DNA from: Candidatus Caldarchaeales archaeon
Lineage (GTDB): Archaea > Thermoproteota > Nitrososphaeria_A > Caldarchaeales > Wolframiiraptoraceae
NCBI GenBank assembly: GCA_039630055.1
Contig: JBCNVN010000017.1
Coordinates: forward strand, 1-30,027
Length of the DNA: 30,027 bases
Direction: 5' to 3'
Below the pieces are notes generated by a model that did not search any database, had not been told where the DNA came from, and worked only from the letters and a program-made list of their open reading frames with translations. Positions 19,257 to 28,357 of this stretch are shown here, piece by piece. The translations under genes were made by a program, and so were the position numbers. Positions within the stretch are counted from its first letter, which is position 1. Each line of letters begins with the position of its first letter.

Positions 19257-21401
19257 TTGTTTAAGGTAATGCTGGTTAAGAGAGAACCTCTATCGATGAA
19301 GTACCGTATACTATTACCAATATTCTCAACGTTCCTCGCTATAGTCACTGCATCAGTATATGTTCTAATAGCTGGACGAGACGTAATCCAAGTATACTAC
19401 TACCTAATTACATGGCCACTTACATATCCGGCTGAGATACTGGTTACTGCAACGCCTCTACTTTTACTAGCTCTTGCAATAGCGGTTGCATTCAAGGCAA
19501 GATTCTGGAATATAGGAACTCATGGACAGTTTATCATAGGTGGATTGATAGCTGCTTGGCTAGGGGTAAGGTTTGGAGATCTTCCCCCATTTCTTCTAAT
19601 ACCCTTGATCATGGTGCTAGCTTGGCTTGGAGGGGCTGGAGTCGCTCTAATATCTTGGTGGTTGAAAGTTAAGAGAAATCAAGATGAAGTTCTTACAACG
19701 ATACTAATCTGGTCGGCTATCTTACTAATCAATGCTGGTCTATTAACCGGTCCTCTCCGCTCTCCCTATACCACCTATCCCCAGTCTCAAGAGATAAGTA
19801 TTAATGCTAAACTTCCCATACTGTTTCCAGAGACGAGACTTCATGCAGGAGCGATAGTTCCATTCATATTGGCCATCATAATATGGATAATATTCAATAG
19901 AGTAAGTTTTAGAAATAAGATAATTGCTGTTACTGTTCCTAGAGTAGCTTTACTTGAAGGGATAAACATATCGAGAACATATTTCTGGGTGGCTTTCATT
20001 AGTGGTGGGATCGCTGGATTGGCCGGCTCGATAGAGCTCATGGGCATACTATACTATATGACGCCATTCGTAGGACCATATTATGGTCTAGTAGCCTTAG
20101 CGATAGCTATGCTTGGAAATCTAAACCCGATAGGAATCGTGGCCGCAGCATTCTTCTTCAGCATCTTGATTAATGGCGCCAATGCGATGAGCTGGAACAC
20201 TGGGGTTCCAAGCTTCCTATCAGACATAATCCAAGCCCAAACTCTAATATTCTTCCTAATCTTCAGCACTTTCAACAATTATAAGCTAACATTCGTCAGG
20301 TCTGAGGGGATTAAGAGCAATCCTAAACCAGTAATCTTAAAGCCTCCTAAAAAGACTAGGCCTACTAGAAGCCCGTATAGAATTAGTAAAACCAATCTGA
20401 AGATCTTGACGGCCGCTATCTTGATTTTATTATCCTTCTCAGTTCTAGACCTAGTATATCCTGAGCTTAGAACAAGCTTGATCGGAACGATCGCTTCAAG
20501 CATAATCGTCTTAACTCTAGTGATCTCAACCCCTATAATCTTCGCTGGAATAGGTGAGACCTTCACAGAGAAATCCGGTATAATAAACCTCGGCATACTG
20601 GGGATAATGATCGCTGGAGCAGCATGGGGGTTTATGGGAGCATACTTTAGTGGAAACATACTTGTAGGAATATTCACCGCAGCTTTATCAGGGATTGTCT
20701 TCGGAATCCTACTAGCATTTCTAGTGGTAACTCTTGGAGTCCAGCAACACATCGCCGGCATAGCTATAACCTTCTACTCTATGAATGTTGCATACTTCTT
20801 CCACAGACTTCTAATAGGTTCTCCACTCGTCGAACCTACCATCCCTCCCGTAACATCTCTTCGGATACCTTTCCTAGAATCTCTACCCATCATAGGTGAA
20901 ATGTTTAAACAGAACCTCTACACATATTCTGGAATGTATATTTTACCTCTACTAGCAATCTTCATATTCTTTAAGACTAGGTGGGGTCTCATATTAAGAG
21001 CGGTTGGAGAGAATCCGAAAACAGTTGACTCAGCTAGGGTTAGAGTTCACCTAACCAGATATCTTGCAGTAATCTTAGGTGCTGCACTAATGTCTATAGG
21101 TGGAGCATACTACTCTCTAGTCGATCTAAGAACCTTCAACTTAAATGTGGGAGGAGAGTGGAGTTGGATAGCTCTCGCACTAGTAGTTTTAGGAAACTGG
21201 AATCCATTATGGGTCTGGGTAGCCTGCATCTTCTTCGGTATGTTGAACGCTGTCCAAGCATGGCTTGTAGCAACCGTAATCCAGATACCCTACCAGTTCT
21301 TCCAATCAATACCTTACGTGGTAACGGTTGGAGCCTCAGCTATACTAGGTAAACGTGTAAGACCTCCTAAAGCTCTACTACAACCGTATAGAAGAGAGTA
21401 A
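19257..21401 (+). CDS. Nucleoside ABC transporter permease, fusion of the two permease subunits
   Basis: N-half WNIGTHGQF and SGGIAGLAG; C-half EKSGIINLG, LRAVGENP, WIALALVVLGNW; basic Pro-rich linker. Confidence 0.92.
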   Translation: MFKVMLVKREPLSMKYRILLPIFSTFLAIVTASVYVLIAGRDVIQVYYYLITWPLTYPAEILVTATPLLLLALAIAVAFKARFWNIGTHGQFIIGGLIAAWLGVRFGDLPPFLLIPLIMVLAWLGGAGVALISWWLKVKRNQDEVLTTILIWSAILLINAGLLTGPLRSPYTTYPQSQEISINAKLPILFPETRLHAGAIVPFILAIIIWIIFNRVSFRNKIIAVTVPRVALLEGINISRTYFWVAFISGGIAGLAGSIELMGILYYMTPFVGPYYGLVALAIAMLGNLNPIGIVAAAFFFSILINGANAMSWNTGVPSFLSDIIQAQTLIFFLIFSTFNNYKLTFVRSEGIKSNPKPVILKPPKKTRPTRSPYRISKTNLKILTAAILILLSFSVLDLVYPELRTSLIGTIASSIIVLTLVISTPIIFAGIGETFTEKSGIINLGILGIMIAGAAWGFMGAYFSGNILVGIFTAALSGIVFGILLAFLVVTLGVQQHIAGIAITFYSMNVAYFFHRLLIGSPLVEPTIPPVTSLRIPFLESLPIIGEMFKQNLYTYSGMYILPLLAIFIFFKTRWGLILRAVGENPKTVDSARVRVHLTRYLAVILGAALMSIGGAYYSLVDLRTFNLNVGGEWSWIALALVVLGNWNPLWVWVACIFFGMLNAVQAWLVATVIQIPYQFFQSIPYVVTVGASAILGKRVRPPKALLQPYRRE

Positions 21402-21511
21402 CTCGTATCTGGATAGACCTCATCAAGGACCTTTACTGATAATATAGTCAGAATCTATAAAAGAACCCTATATACTCAACACTTTTACCAACATATTGTT
21501 AATACAGAATC

Positions 21512-21519
21512 TTTATATC
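21512..21519 (+). promoter_or_regulatory. TATA box of dsrE-tusA-sqr (likely leaderless transcript)
   Basis: TTTATATC 23-30 nt upstream of ATG 21542, with purine-rich BRE-like ACAGAA just upstream. Confidence 0.5.
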
Positions 21520-21541
21520 ATGTTGAGAGAAAGTTATACCC

Positions 21542-21967
21542 ATGAGCACTAAAAAGGATAAATTATCAATAATAGCCTTTTCCGGAACAGATGATAAACT
21601 ATATCCAGTCTCTATACTTGCTAACGGTGCAGCCGCACTAGGATTAGATGTAGAGATCTTCCTAACATTCTGGGGGTTAAACGCTTTCAGGAAAGATACA
21701 TTAAAAAAGAGTATGAAGATATCTAAAGACTTTGAAGAGGTTGGCCCCATGGTGTCTAAGGTTATGAGAGATAAGAATGTTCCCCACTGGTATGATATGC
21801 TTAAACAAGCTAAAGAGTTAGGGAATGTTAAAGTATATGCATGTGCTATGACCTATGACCTATTTAACATGAAGAGAGAAGACTTAGCGGATATCATAGA
21901 CGGTGTTGTCGGGGTAGGAGAGTTCTTAGAAAAAGCTAAAGAGAGCAGCATAACATTATTCATATAG
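21542..21967 (+). CDS. dsrE: DsrE/DsrF/DrsH-like sulfur carrier protein
   Basis: [33 protein letters not shown] with the conserved Cys. Confidence 0.88.
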   Translation: MSTKKDKLSIIAFSGTDDKLYPVSILANGAAALGLDVEIFLTFWGLNAFRKDTLKKSMKISKDFEEVGPMVSKVMRDKNVPHWYDMLKQAKELGNVKVYACAMTYDLFNMKREDLADIIDGVVGVGEFLEKAKESSITLFI

Positions 21968-21984
21968 CTTTGTGGGGTGGACTG

Positions 21985-22230
21985 TTGAGCAAAGGAGAAC
22001 AAAAGATAGATAGAATCGTAGATGCGAGAGGAAGCCATTGTCCAGGTCCCTTAATGGAGCTTATAAAAGCTGTAAAGAATGCTCAAGTTGGAGAAGTAGT
22101 AGCAGTATATTCTACGGATAGTGGCTCGAAGACCGATATACCACTGTGGGTGAAGAAAGCTGGACATGAGTTGCTAGGAATATACGAGAGAGATGGATAT
22201 ACAGAATTCGTTATAAGAAAGGCTCGATAA
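21985..22230 (+). CDS. tusA: Sulfurtransferase TusA family
   Basis: [12 protein letters not shown] motif, TD.GS..DIP.W...GH. TTG start preceded by GGGGTGG SD. Confidence 0.92.
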   Translation: MSKGEQKIDRIVDARGSHCPGPLMELIKAVKNAQVGEVVAVYSTDSGSKTDIPLWVKKAGHELLGIYERDGYTEFVIRKAR

Positions 22231-22240
22231 TCTAGTATAT

Positions 22241-23371
22241 ATGAAGAAGATCATAATAGTCGGTGGGGGCACCGGCGGAACAGTAGCAGCAAATGTATTG
22301 GCGAGAAAGATATCAAAAGATGCTGAGATAGTGGTCGTCAACGACTCCTCCAGCCACATCTACCAACCAGCTCTTCTATACAGAGCCCTCGGAGAAGTGA
22401 TAGATGAATCAAAGATCATAAGAGAAGAGAGGACCCTACTCGATAAGAGGGTAAAATTGATTATCGATAAAGCTCTAAAGATAGATGTAAACAATAGGCT
22501 AATACAATTACAGAGTGGAAAACAGCTAGACTATGATTATCTAATCATCTCAACCGGCTCAAGGATAGTTCCCGAAGAAGTTCCAGGATATCAGACAGCA
22601 TACCACTTCTATAGTCTTGAAGGAGCTGTAAGGCTTCATGAAGAATTAGAGAGATATAGTGGAGGGGTGATAGCGGTAGGGGTAGGAGGTCTACCCTATA
22701 AATGTCCACCAGCTCCAGCAGAGTTCTGCTGTCTTCTAGACTATTACTTTACCAAGAAGGGGATTAGAGACAAGGTTGAGATACATTATCTATCTCCTCT
22801 ACCTAGAACCTTTCCCCACGAGGCCGTGGCAGAATCTATAACAGAGATGATGGAGGCGAAAGGGATACACTGGCATCCAATGTTTAATATAGAATCTATA
22901 GACTCTGAGAAGAAGATAGTAAACTCTCTTGAAGGAGAGTCTCTAAAATTCGATCTATTAGTTATGGTCCCACCCCATAGAGGCGCTGAGGTAGTAGAGA
23001 GATCTGAGCTTGGGGTAGATGGTGGATGGATACCTGTAGATAAGCACACCTTACAATACAGAGATTACAGAGAGGTCTATGTTATAGGTGATGCAACGAA
23101 CCTACCCGTATCTAAGGCGGGATCGGTTGCACATTTTGAAGCAAAGGTGGTGGCCGAACGGATAAGTTCAGACATTCAAGGATATACTCCTAGAGCGATC
23201 TACGATGGAAGAGTAACATGCTTCTGTGATGCAGGCTTTAAGAAAGCAATATATATGAGCTTCAACTATGAGAAACCACCTAAAAAGCCCGGATTCAGCT
23301 ATTTATGGTATCTTGGAAAACAGATGGTAAATAGATTTTACTGGAGCTTGATACTCAAAGGAATAGTTTAG
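22241..23371 (+). CDS. sqr: Sulfide:quinone oxidoreductase-like flavoprotein
   Basis: GGGTGG FAD motif, YQP, YKCPPAP.E, VYVIGDAT..P.SKAG, distal CFCD. Confidence 0.87.
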   Translation: MKKIIIVGGGTGGTVAANVLARKISKDAEIVVVNDSSSHIYQPALLYRALGEVIDESKIIREERTLLDKRVKLIIDKALKIDVNNRLIQLQSGKQLDYDYLIISTGSRIVPEEVPGYQTAYHFYSLEGAVRLHEELERYSGGVIAVGVGGLPYKCPPAPAEFCCLLDYYFTKKGIRDKVEIHYLSPLPRTFPHEAVAESITEMMEAKGIHWHPMFNIESIDSEKKIVNSLEGESLKFDLLVMVPPHRGAEVVERSELGVDGGWIPVDKHTLQYRDYREVYVIGDATNLPVSKAGSVAHFEAKVVAERISSDIQGYTPRAIYDGRVTCFCDAGFKKAIYMSFNYEKPPKKPGFSYLWYLGKQMVNRFYWSLILKGIV

Positions 23372-23772
23372 AGATCGAGATCCGATTCGGTCAGAGACTA
23401 GAAACTATAATCTTCTTTACCCTGGAGAAGCCTCTTAACATAGAATCGGTCTAATCTCGGTTTTTAATAGTAAAGTTGCTTAGAGAGTTTTACGATCATC
23501 CTCCTTTAACCTCCTGAAATCAATCGGCAGAATCACTTCAAATACTGAGAAATCATCCTAAATTCTTTAAAGGTGGTCTAGTAGATATCTCGCCGTAAGT
23601 GGGTCATATATCGTGGAAGATAAAAAAGATGTGTCTCCATATAGATACAAGCCTATAGATAAGTGATCGGTCTGAGGATTGGTGAAAGCCATGGATTCCT
23701 AAGGCCGTTCTCTACAATTTGTGTTCCCCTCATTTTATCCTTTATTAGTTGGAGAAGGATACTATGCTAACG

Positions 23773-25086
23773 ATGTTGAAAGCTATATACTGGTTTAAGA
23801 GAGACTTAAGGGTTGACGATAATCGAGCTCTCAACGAGGCAGTAGCTTTAGCCGACAGAATAATACCGATATTTATCATAGATGAAGGTCTGCTCAAGGA
23901 TCTGAATATAGATAGAGAAGATCTGAGATTAAGCTTCATTATCAGTGCTTTAAGAAGGCTGAGCAGACAGGTCAAGTTATACGTTTTTTATGGGAAGACT
24001 GTAGAGGTATTCGAGTATCTACTCGGTAAGTATAAGATCGACTATGTGATAACAGCTAAGCCTCTAACATGGAGTGGAAGATCTAGATGTGAACAAGTAA
24101 AAAATATTTGTGATATGATGGGTGTCAGATACCATGAGGTTAGCGATAACATCTTGGTCGAAATCGGGAAAATAAGAAATCTGCATAATTTCTCATCGTT
24201 CTATAGAGCTTGGCTGAGAATGGTGGACACTAGGATCTCTCCACCTCCACCTCTAGATAAGGTTGAAGAGATAGATGAACCGGACATCATCCAGGTCTCT
24301 GAAAAGATTAAACCTATTCCTTGTAGATTCTGGGATGTCGATATACTGATGCAGGACATCCTAAGCTATAATTTTAGAGATTATGAGAGACTGAGGGATA
24401 ATCTTGGAGAAGACTATTCATCCAAAGTCTCCCCATGTTTAAGGATGGGATTGATCTCTATTAGAAGACTTTACGAGCTATCCTACAAAGATTCTCCATC
24501 ATATATTCGACAGCTTGCTTGGAGAGAGTACTACTACAATCTAGTCTACAGATATCCGTACATGAAGGATTTAGAGCTGAAGCCTTGGGCTAGAAGGATA
24601 GAATGGGAGAACGATAAAGATCTGTTAGAGAGATTTATGAGAGGTGAAACAGGTTATCCTATAATAGATGCTGGTATCAGAGAGCTTAAAGTTAGAAAAT
24701 GGGCTCACAATAGGGCGAGGCTATTAATGGCAAACTTCCTAACCAAGGACTTGTTCATCGATTGGAGGATAGGTGAGAAATTCTTCAAACATCATCTCAT
24801 AGATTATGATGAAGTCTTGAATGTTGGAAACTGGCAGTGGGCCAGCTCTGTAGGAGTTGATAATCTGCCTCTAAGAATATTTAACCCGATAACTCAAGCT
24901 AAAGAGTATGATCCAGAATGTAAGTATATTAAGAGGTATATTCCGGAGTTATCGGGATATAGTTGTGAAGAGCTTCACGACCCATTAAAATACAGATTGA
25001 GAGATTATTTTGAGCCTATAGTAGACCATTATGAAAGGGTTAGAAAGTTTAAAGAGATGGTGAGCAAGCTCATCAAGTCAAAATAG
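23773..25086 (+). CDS. phrB: Deoxyribodipyrimidine (CPD) photolyase
   Basis: WFKRDLRVDDN.AL, SKVSPCLRMG, QLAWREYY, GETGYPIIDAG, HNRAR, IDWR.GE, GNWQW, RIFNP..Q. Start is 23749, 23764 or 23773. Confidence 0.95.
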   Translation: MLKAIYWFKRDLRVDDNRALNEAVALADRIIPIFIIDEGLLKDLNIDREDLRLSFIISALRRLSRQVKLYVFYGKTVEVFEYLLGKYKIDYVITAKPLTWSGRSRCEQVKNICDMMGVRYHEVSDNILVEIGKIRNLHNFSSFYRAWLRMVDTRISPPPPLDKVEEIDEPDIIQVSEKIKPIPCRFWDVDILMQDILSYNFRDYERLRDNLGEDYSSKVSPCLRMGLISIRRLYELSYKDSPSYIRQLAWREYYYNLVYRYPYMKDLELKPWARRIEWENDKDLLERFMRGETGYPIIDAGIRELKVRKWAHNRARLLMANFLTKDLFIDWRIGEKFFKHHLIDYDEVLNVGNWQWASSVGVDNLPLRIFNPITQAKEYDPECKYIKRYIPELSGYSCEELHDPLKYRLRDYFEPIVDHYERVRKFKEMVSKLIKSK

Positions 25087-25803
25087 GATTTGACAGTTTT
25101 CACATAAGTAGTTGATCCTCTTCTTCTCTCCCAATCTTCTTATAACCATCTTTCCCGAACATCTTGGACAAGTCCTTCTACCATAACATACAAGATACTC
25201 CTTCAATCTATTGTTTTCTTTTATCGTCTTATAGAATATGAAGGAAAAGCTTCTAACCTCTTTAACAAGATTCTCCATCTTTTCTTCAGGTATGTTCTTA
25301 CATATCGACAATGGATGTATCGATGCTCTATATAGCCCCTCAACTTTGATTATATTGCCAACCCCTGGAAATAGTTCTTGATCTAGTAGTGCATCACAAA
25401 TGTATCCTTCATATCTCTTTAAGTTCTTGACAGCTGTTTCTACCGAGAACTCATCGCTGAGGATATCGTTATTGTTGAAATCATATCTTTCCATTAGGTC
25501 TATGCTACAATTGTAGAAGTATACCTGAGAGTCATCTACCTTGATCATCAATCTGATAAATCTATCATCCTTAATCTTCTCATTCACAGAGTATGACCCA
25601 TACATTAGAAAGTGGATTCTTAGATAACCTAGGTCTTTAAATTCGATAAAAAGATTTTTACCATAACTAAATACTCTCTTAATATCTTTCCCTCTTAACA
25701 AACCTACATCAAATTTTTTAGTCCTCCCCTCAGAATCTAGTACTACCTTACCCTCTAAAAACCTGAGTCTCTCCGAGATTACCTTTACACCCGGCCCCTC
25801 CAC
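25078..25803 (-). CDS. nei: Fpg/Nei family DNA glycosylase (endonuclease VIII / NEIL3-like)
   Basis: (M)EGP N-terminus, GKNLF, IHFLMYGS, H2TH LLDQELFPGVGNIIK.E, C4 Zn finger CPRC...R..YLCENCQ. Confidence 0.92.
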   Translation of the reverse strand: MEGPGVKVISERLRFLEGKVVLDSEGRTKKFDVGLLRGKDIKRVFSYGKNLFIEFKDLGYLRIHFLMYGSYSVNEKIKDDRFIRLMIKVDDSQVYFYNCSIDLMERYDFNNNDILSDEFSVETAVKNLKRYEGYICDALLDQELFPGVGNIIKVEGLYRASIHPLSICKNIPEEKMENLVKEVRSFSFIFYKTIKENNRLKEYLVCYGRRTCPRCSGKMVIRRLGEKKRINYLCENCQILF

Positions 25804-26459
25804 ATCTTACATATTAACCCATCCCCACTATTAGAATCTAATCAGTAACATGTAAACTGTTTTAATATGAGGATTTGATGGATCTAGCTCTTTTTAAGAT
25901 TGTATAGAGTATGAAGATTACGAAGTTACGATACTACATATCTCTATTTTTCCATGTTCTTAACTACCATATTTTGCTTTTGTTTAACCTCTTCTTCTAA
26001 GGATTCATCAAGAGATGACTGACTCGTCTCTAAACTCCCTCTCCTAAGAATTTCTTAACTTCATCTTCAACCTCAGCTATTAATACCTACATCTCTCTTA
26101 TCTCCACATATATAGCTTTTCCAACTATCTCTTCATCAACTATATCCATATATAATGGGTCTTTATAAAGTCCTCAATACTATACTTCGAGCCTACACTA
26201 AATACAATTACCTCGAATCCATCACAACTCTCTGAATCCCCCTATAATCTACAATCCACACATAATTTACCAATGTAAGCCTTACCGACAGCAGAAACTC
26301 TAAACCTTTGAGGGGGCGTCGCTGACGAGATTGGGTCTGCCTCTCTTTAAATATTCTCCTTTATCCGGACGCTATCTAGTTGAATTTTGAGAGAAGTTTT
26401 TATATCACGGAAAAACACTTCTATTTTATTCGGTAGGGTGTATGTAATGAGAACTCACC

Positions 26460-28244
26460 TTGCTTTTAGTAATCATAGCACTGTTATCTTTGTTAGCATC
26501 CTCTTCTCTTCCATTTACAGATAGTGAGGTCGGCATCAATTTATCTGGAAATGTACTGACTGAAAACGTGGTGGACGGGCTTATCATAAGAGTGCCTCCA
26601 AGATGGGTATATAATGAGGAAGAGGTTTTAAAGAGCGGAAGCTTAATACGGATAGATACATCTTCCAATATAATGTTTGAAGCTGAGATTACTGAAGTAT
26701 TCGGTAGACCGTTTAAGCTTTCTATGTTTAGTCCCATAGAGTTTGAGTTATGGCGGATTGGTAAGCCTTCCACCCCGATGTTCGAGAAGTTATGCGATTG
26801 GAAGTGTAGTTTAAAGACAAACCTTACCAATACTGGTGGAAGGATCTATATAGTCTTCGAGGGAAAGGGATACGAGCCCGAAGCCGTCTTGAAGGGAAAG
26901 ATCTCATATTATGAGTATGATGAAGGACAAGATGTTATGAGAGAGTATGACATTTCTCTCCCCATCTTAGGTAATGAGCACATAGTCCTTGAAGGTAGTT
27001 TTAGATCGAACCTACCCATAAAATTCTCTGTAAACTCTGAAGAAGATGAAAGAGTCTATTATTCTGTAAAGAGCAGTGCAGGAGATTTTCTCCTCAAGCT
27101 ATCACCTTCGAAAAGCGAGTTAAAAAGAGGGTTCATGAGCTTAGCATTTGTTATGGAGAATGAGGGGCGCGAGACCGCGGAGGTCAGGATCTGGGCTAGA
27201 GCATCTTGGAAGAACGTAGTAAAGTCAAAACCTATAATAGTCCTCGATAAAGAGAAAACTGTAAAGCTTGCTCCACTCTATACCGAAGATAAAGTAGAGT
27301 CCTTTGAGACTTTGGTAAAAATAAGTAATAAATATTACTGGGGCTTTTCGGGCGTTTATAGCCGCTTCTGTCCCAAAGGGTTTAACTACCGACTTGAAGC
27401 AGAGGCCGTCGAGCCTTCAGGTCTATCCTTCAGGCTAATAATCTTAGATGACTACAACTGGAAGATCCTCAAAGAGTACAGCACGGAAGAATTCCACTTT
27501 AGAATGGATAGGGATCCATCTGGAGTTTTTCCAAGGCTTAATCCGATATACTTCTCGCCGTCCTCGTCTAAGATAAACGTGGAACTGAGAAATTTAACAT
27601 CGTGTATTAATGCATTCTTTCTCAGAGATTCCAATGGCACGTTATCTATAAAGTGGAGAGGGATTGAAAAGTGGATCGATTATAATAAAGACAGCTTGAA
27701 GAGAGAAACTCTAAACAAGGAGGAGCTTATAGCAACGAGGGAGAGTTTTCTTATTATTGAAGGAGGGTTTGAGGCGAATCAGCCGGTTAGAGCAAGGATA
27801 ACCGTACCAGATGACATTGATCCAAGATCCGGAGACTTATCCTACTACTATGTAGAAGACTCCATGAGCGGCAGCTTCCATTTCTCATCATACTCTCCTT
27901 TATCTTATCATCCAATGTATTGGGTAAGCATAATATTCGAGAACTCTATTAATAGGCCTGCTGAAGTAAGATTCTGGATCAAGGGCTATAGGATAATACT
28001 TTCAGAGAAATCAGAAGCTGTTGCAGAGACTTCCACTAAACTCACGACACCTACCACTCCGACCAAGACCGTAAAGACTACGCCTACAATTAGTAATACA
28101 GATACGACTTATACTACTCGAGTTGAAGGGGTATCGGTATTCAAACTTCCACTAACTCTGACACTACTGATAGTATTGCTGATCGCTCTGGTGTCAACTA
28201 TTCTTTTTATGTCTTGGTTAAAACGTAGGAGGACTAGAAGCTGA
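26460..28244 (+). CDS. Secreted/cell-surface protein with internal duplication, Thr-rich linker and C-terminal TM anchor
   Basis: Hydrophobic N-terminus, TTKLTTPTTPTKT linker, TM followed by KRRRTRS. Confidence 0.85.
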   Translation: MLLVIIALLSLLASSSLPFTDSEVGINLSGNVLTENVVDGLIIRVPPRWVYNEEEVLKSGSLIRIDTSSNIMFEAEITEVFGRPFKLSMFSPIEFELWRIGKPSTPMFEKLCDWKCSLKTNLTNTGGRIYIVFEGKGYEPEAVLKGKISYYEYDEGQDVMREYDISLPILGNEHIVLEGSFRSNLPIKFSVNSEEDERVYYSVKSSAGDFLLKLSPSKSELKRGFMSLAFVMENEGRETAEVRIWARASWKNVVKSKPIIVLDKEKTVKLAPLYTEDKVESFETLVKISNKYYWGFSGVYSRFCPKGFNYRLEAEAVEPSGLSFRLIILDDYNWKILKEYSTEEFHFRMDRDPSGVFPRLNPIYFSPSSSKINVELRNLTSCINAFFLRDSNGTLSIKWRGIEKWIDYNKDSLKRETLNKEELIATRESFLIIEGGFEANQPVRARITVPDDIDPRSGDLSYYYVEDSMSGSFHFSSYSPLSYHPMYWVSIIFENSINRPAEVRFWIKGYRIILSEKSEAVAETSTKLTTPTTPTKTVKTTPTISNTDTTYTTRVEGVSVFKLPLTLTLLIVLLIALVSTILFMSWLKRRRTRS

Positions 28245-28357
28245 GCTTCCTGCTGAAGCTATCGCCAAGAAGAGAAACAGCATATAGCCATTAGACTACG
28301 AGTACTGAAGAAATTTGCTAAGAGAACTAATACGCCTTCTAAACAGGTTTAGAGGCT

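Noticed and set aside
24625-24660. Apparent loss of a photolyase Trp-triad residue (LERFMRGETG)
   Set aside because: The Phe aligns with E. coli W316, not W306. The triad equivalents (IEW, DWR, NWQ) are present.
25950-26330. Possible decayed MNT nucleotidyltransferase on the minus strand (DPLYMDIVDEEI)
   Set aside because: Only one short resembling block and no GS...SDxD motif; insufficient to call.
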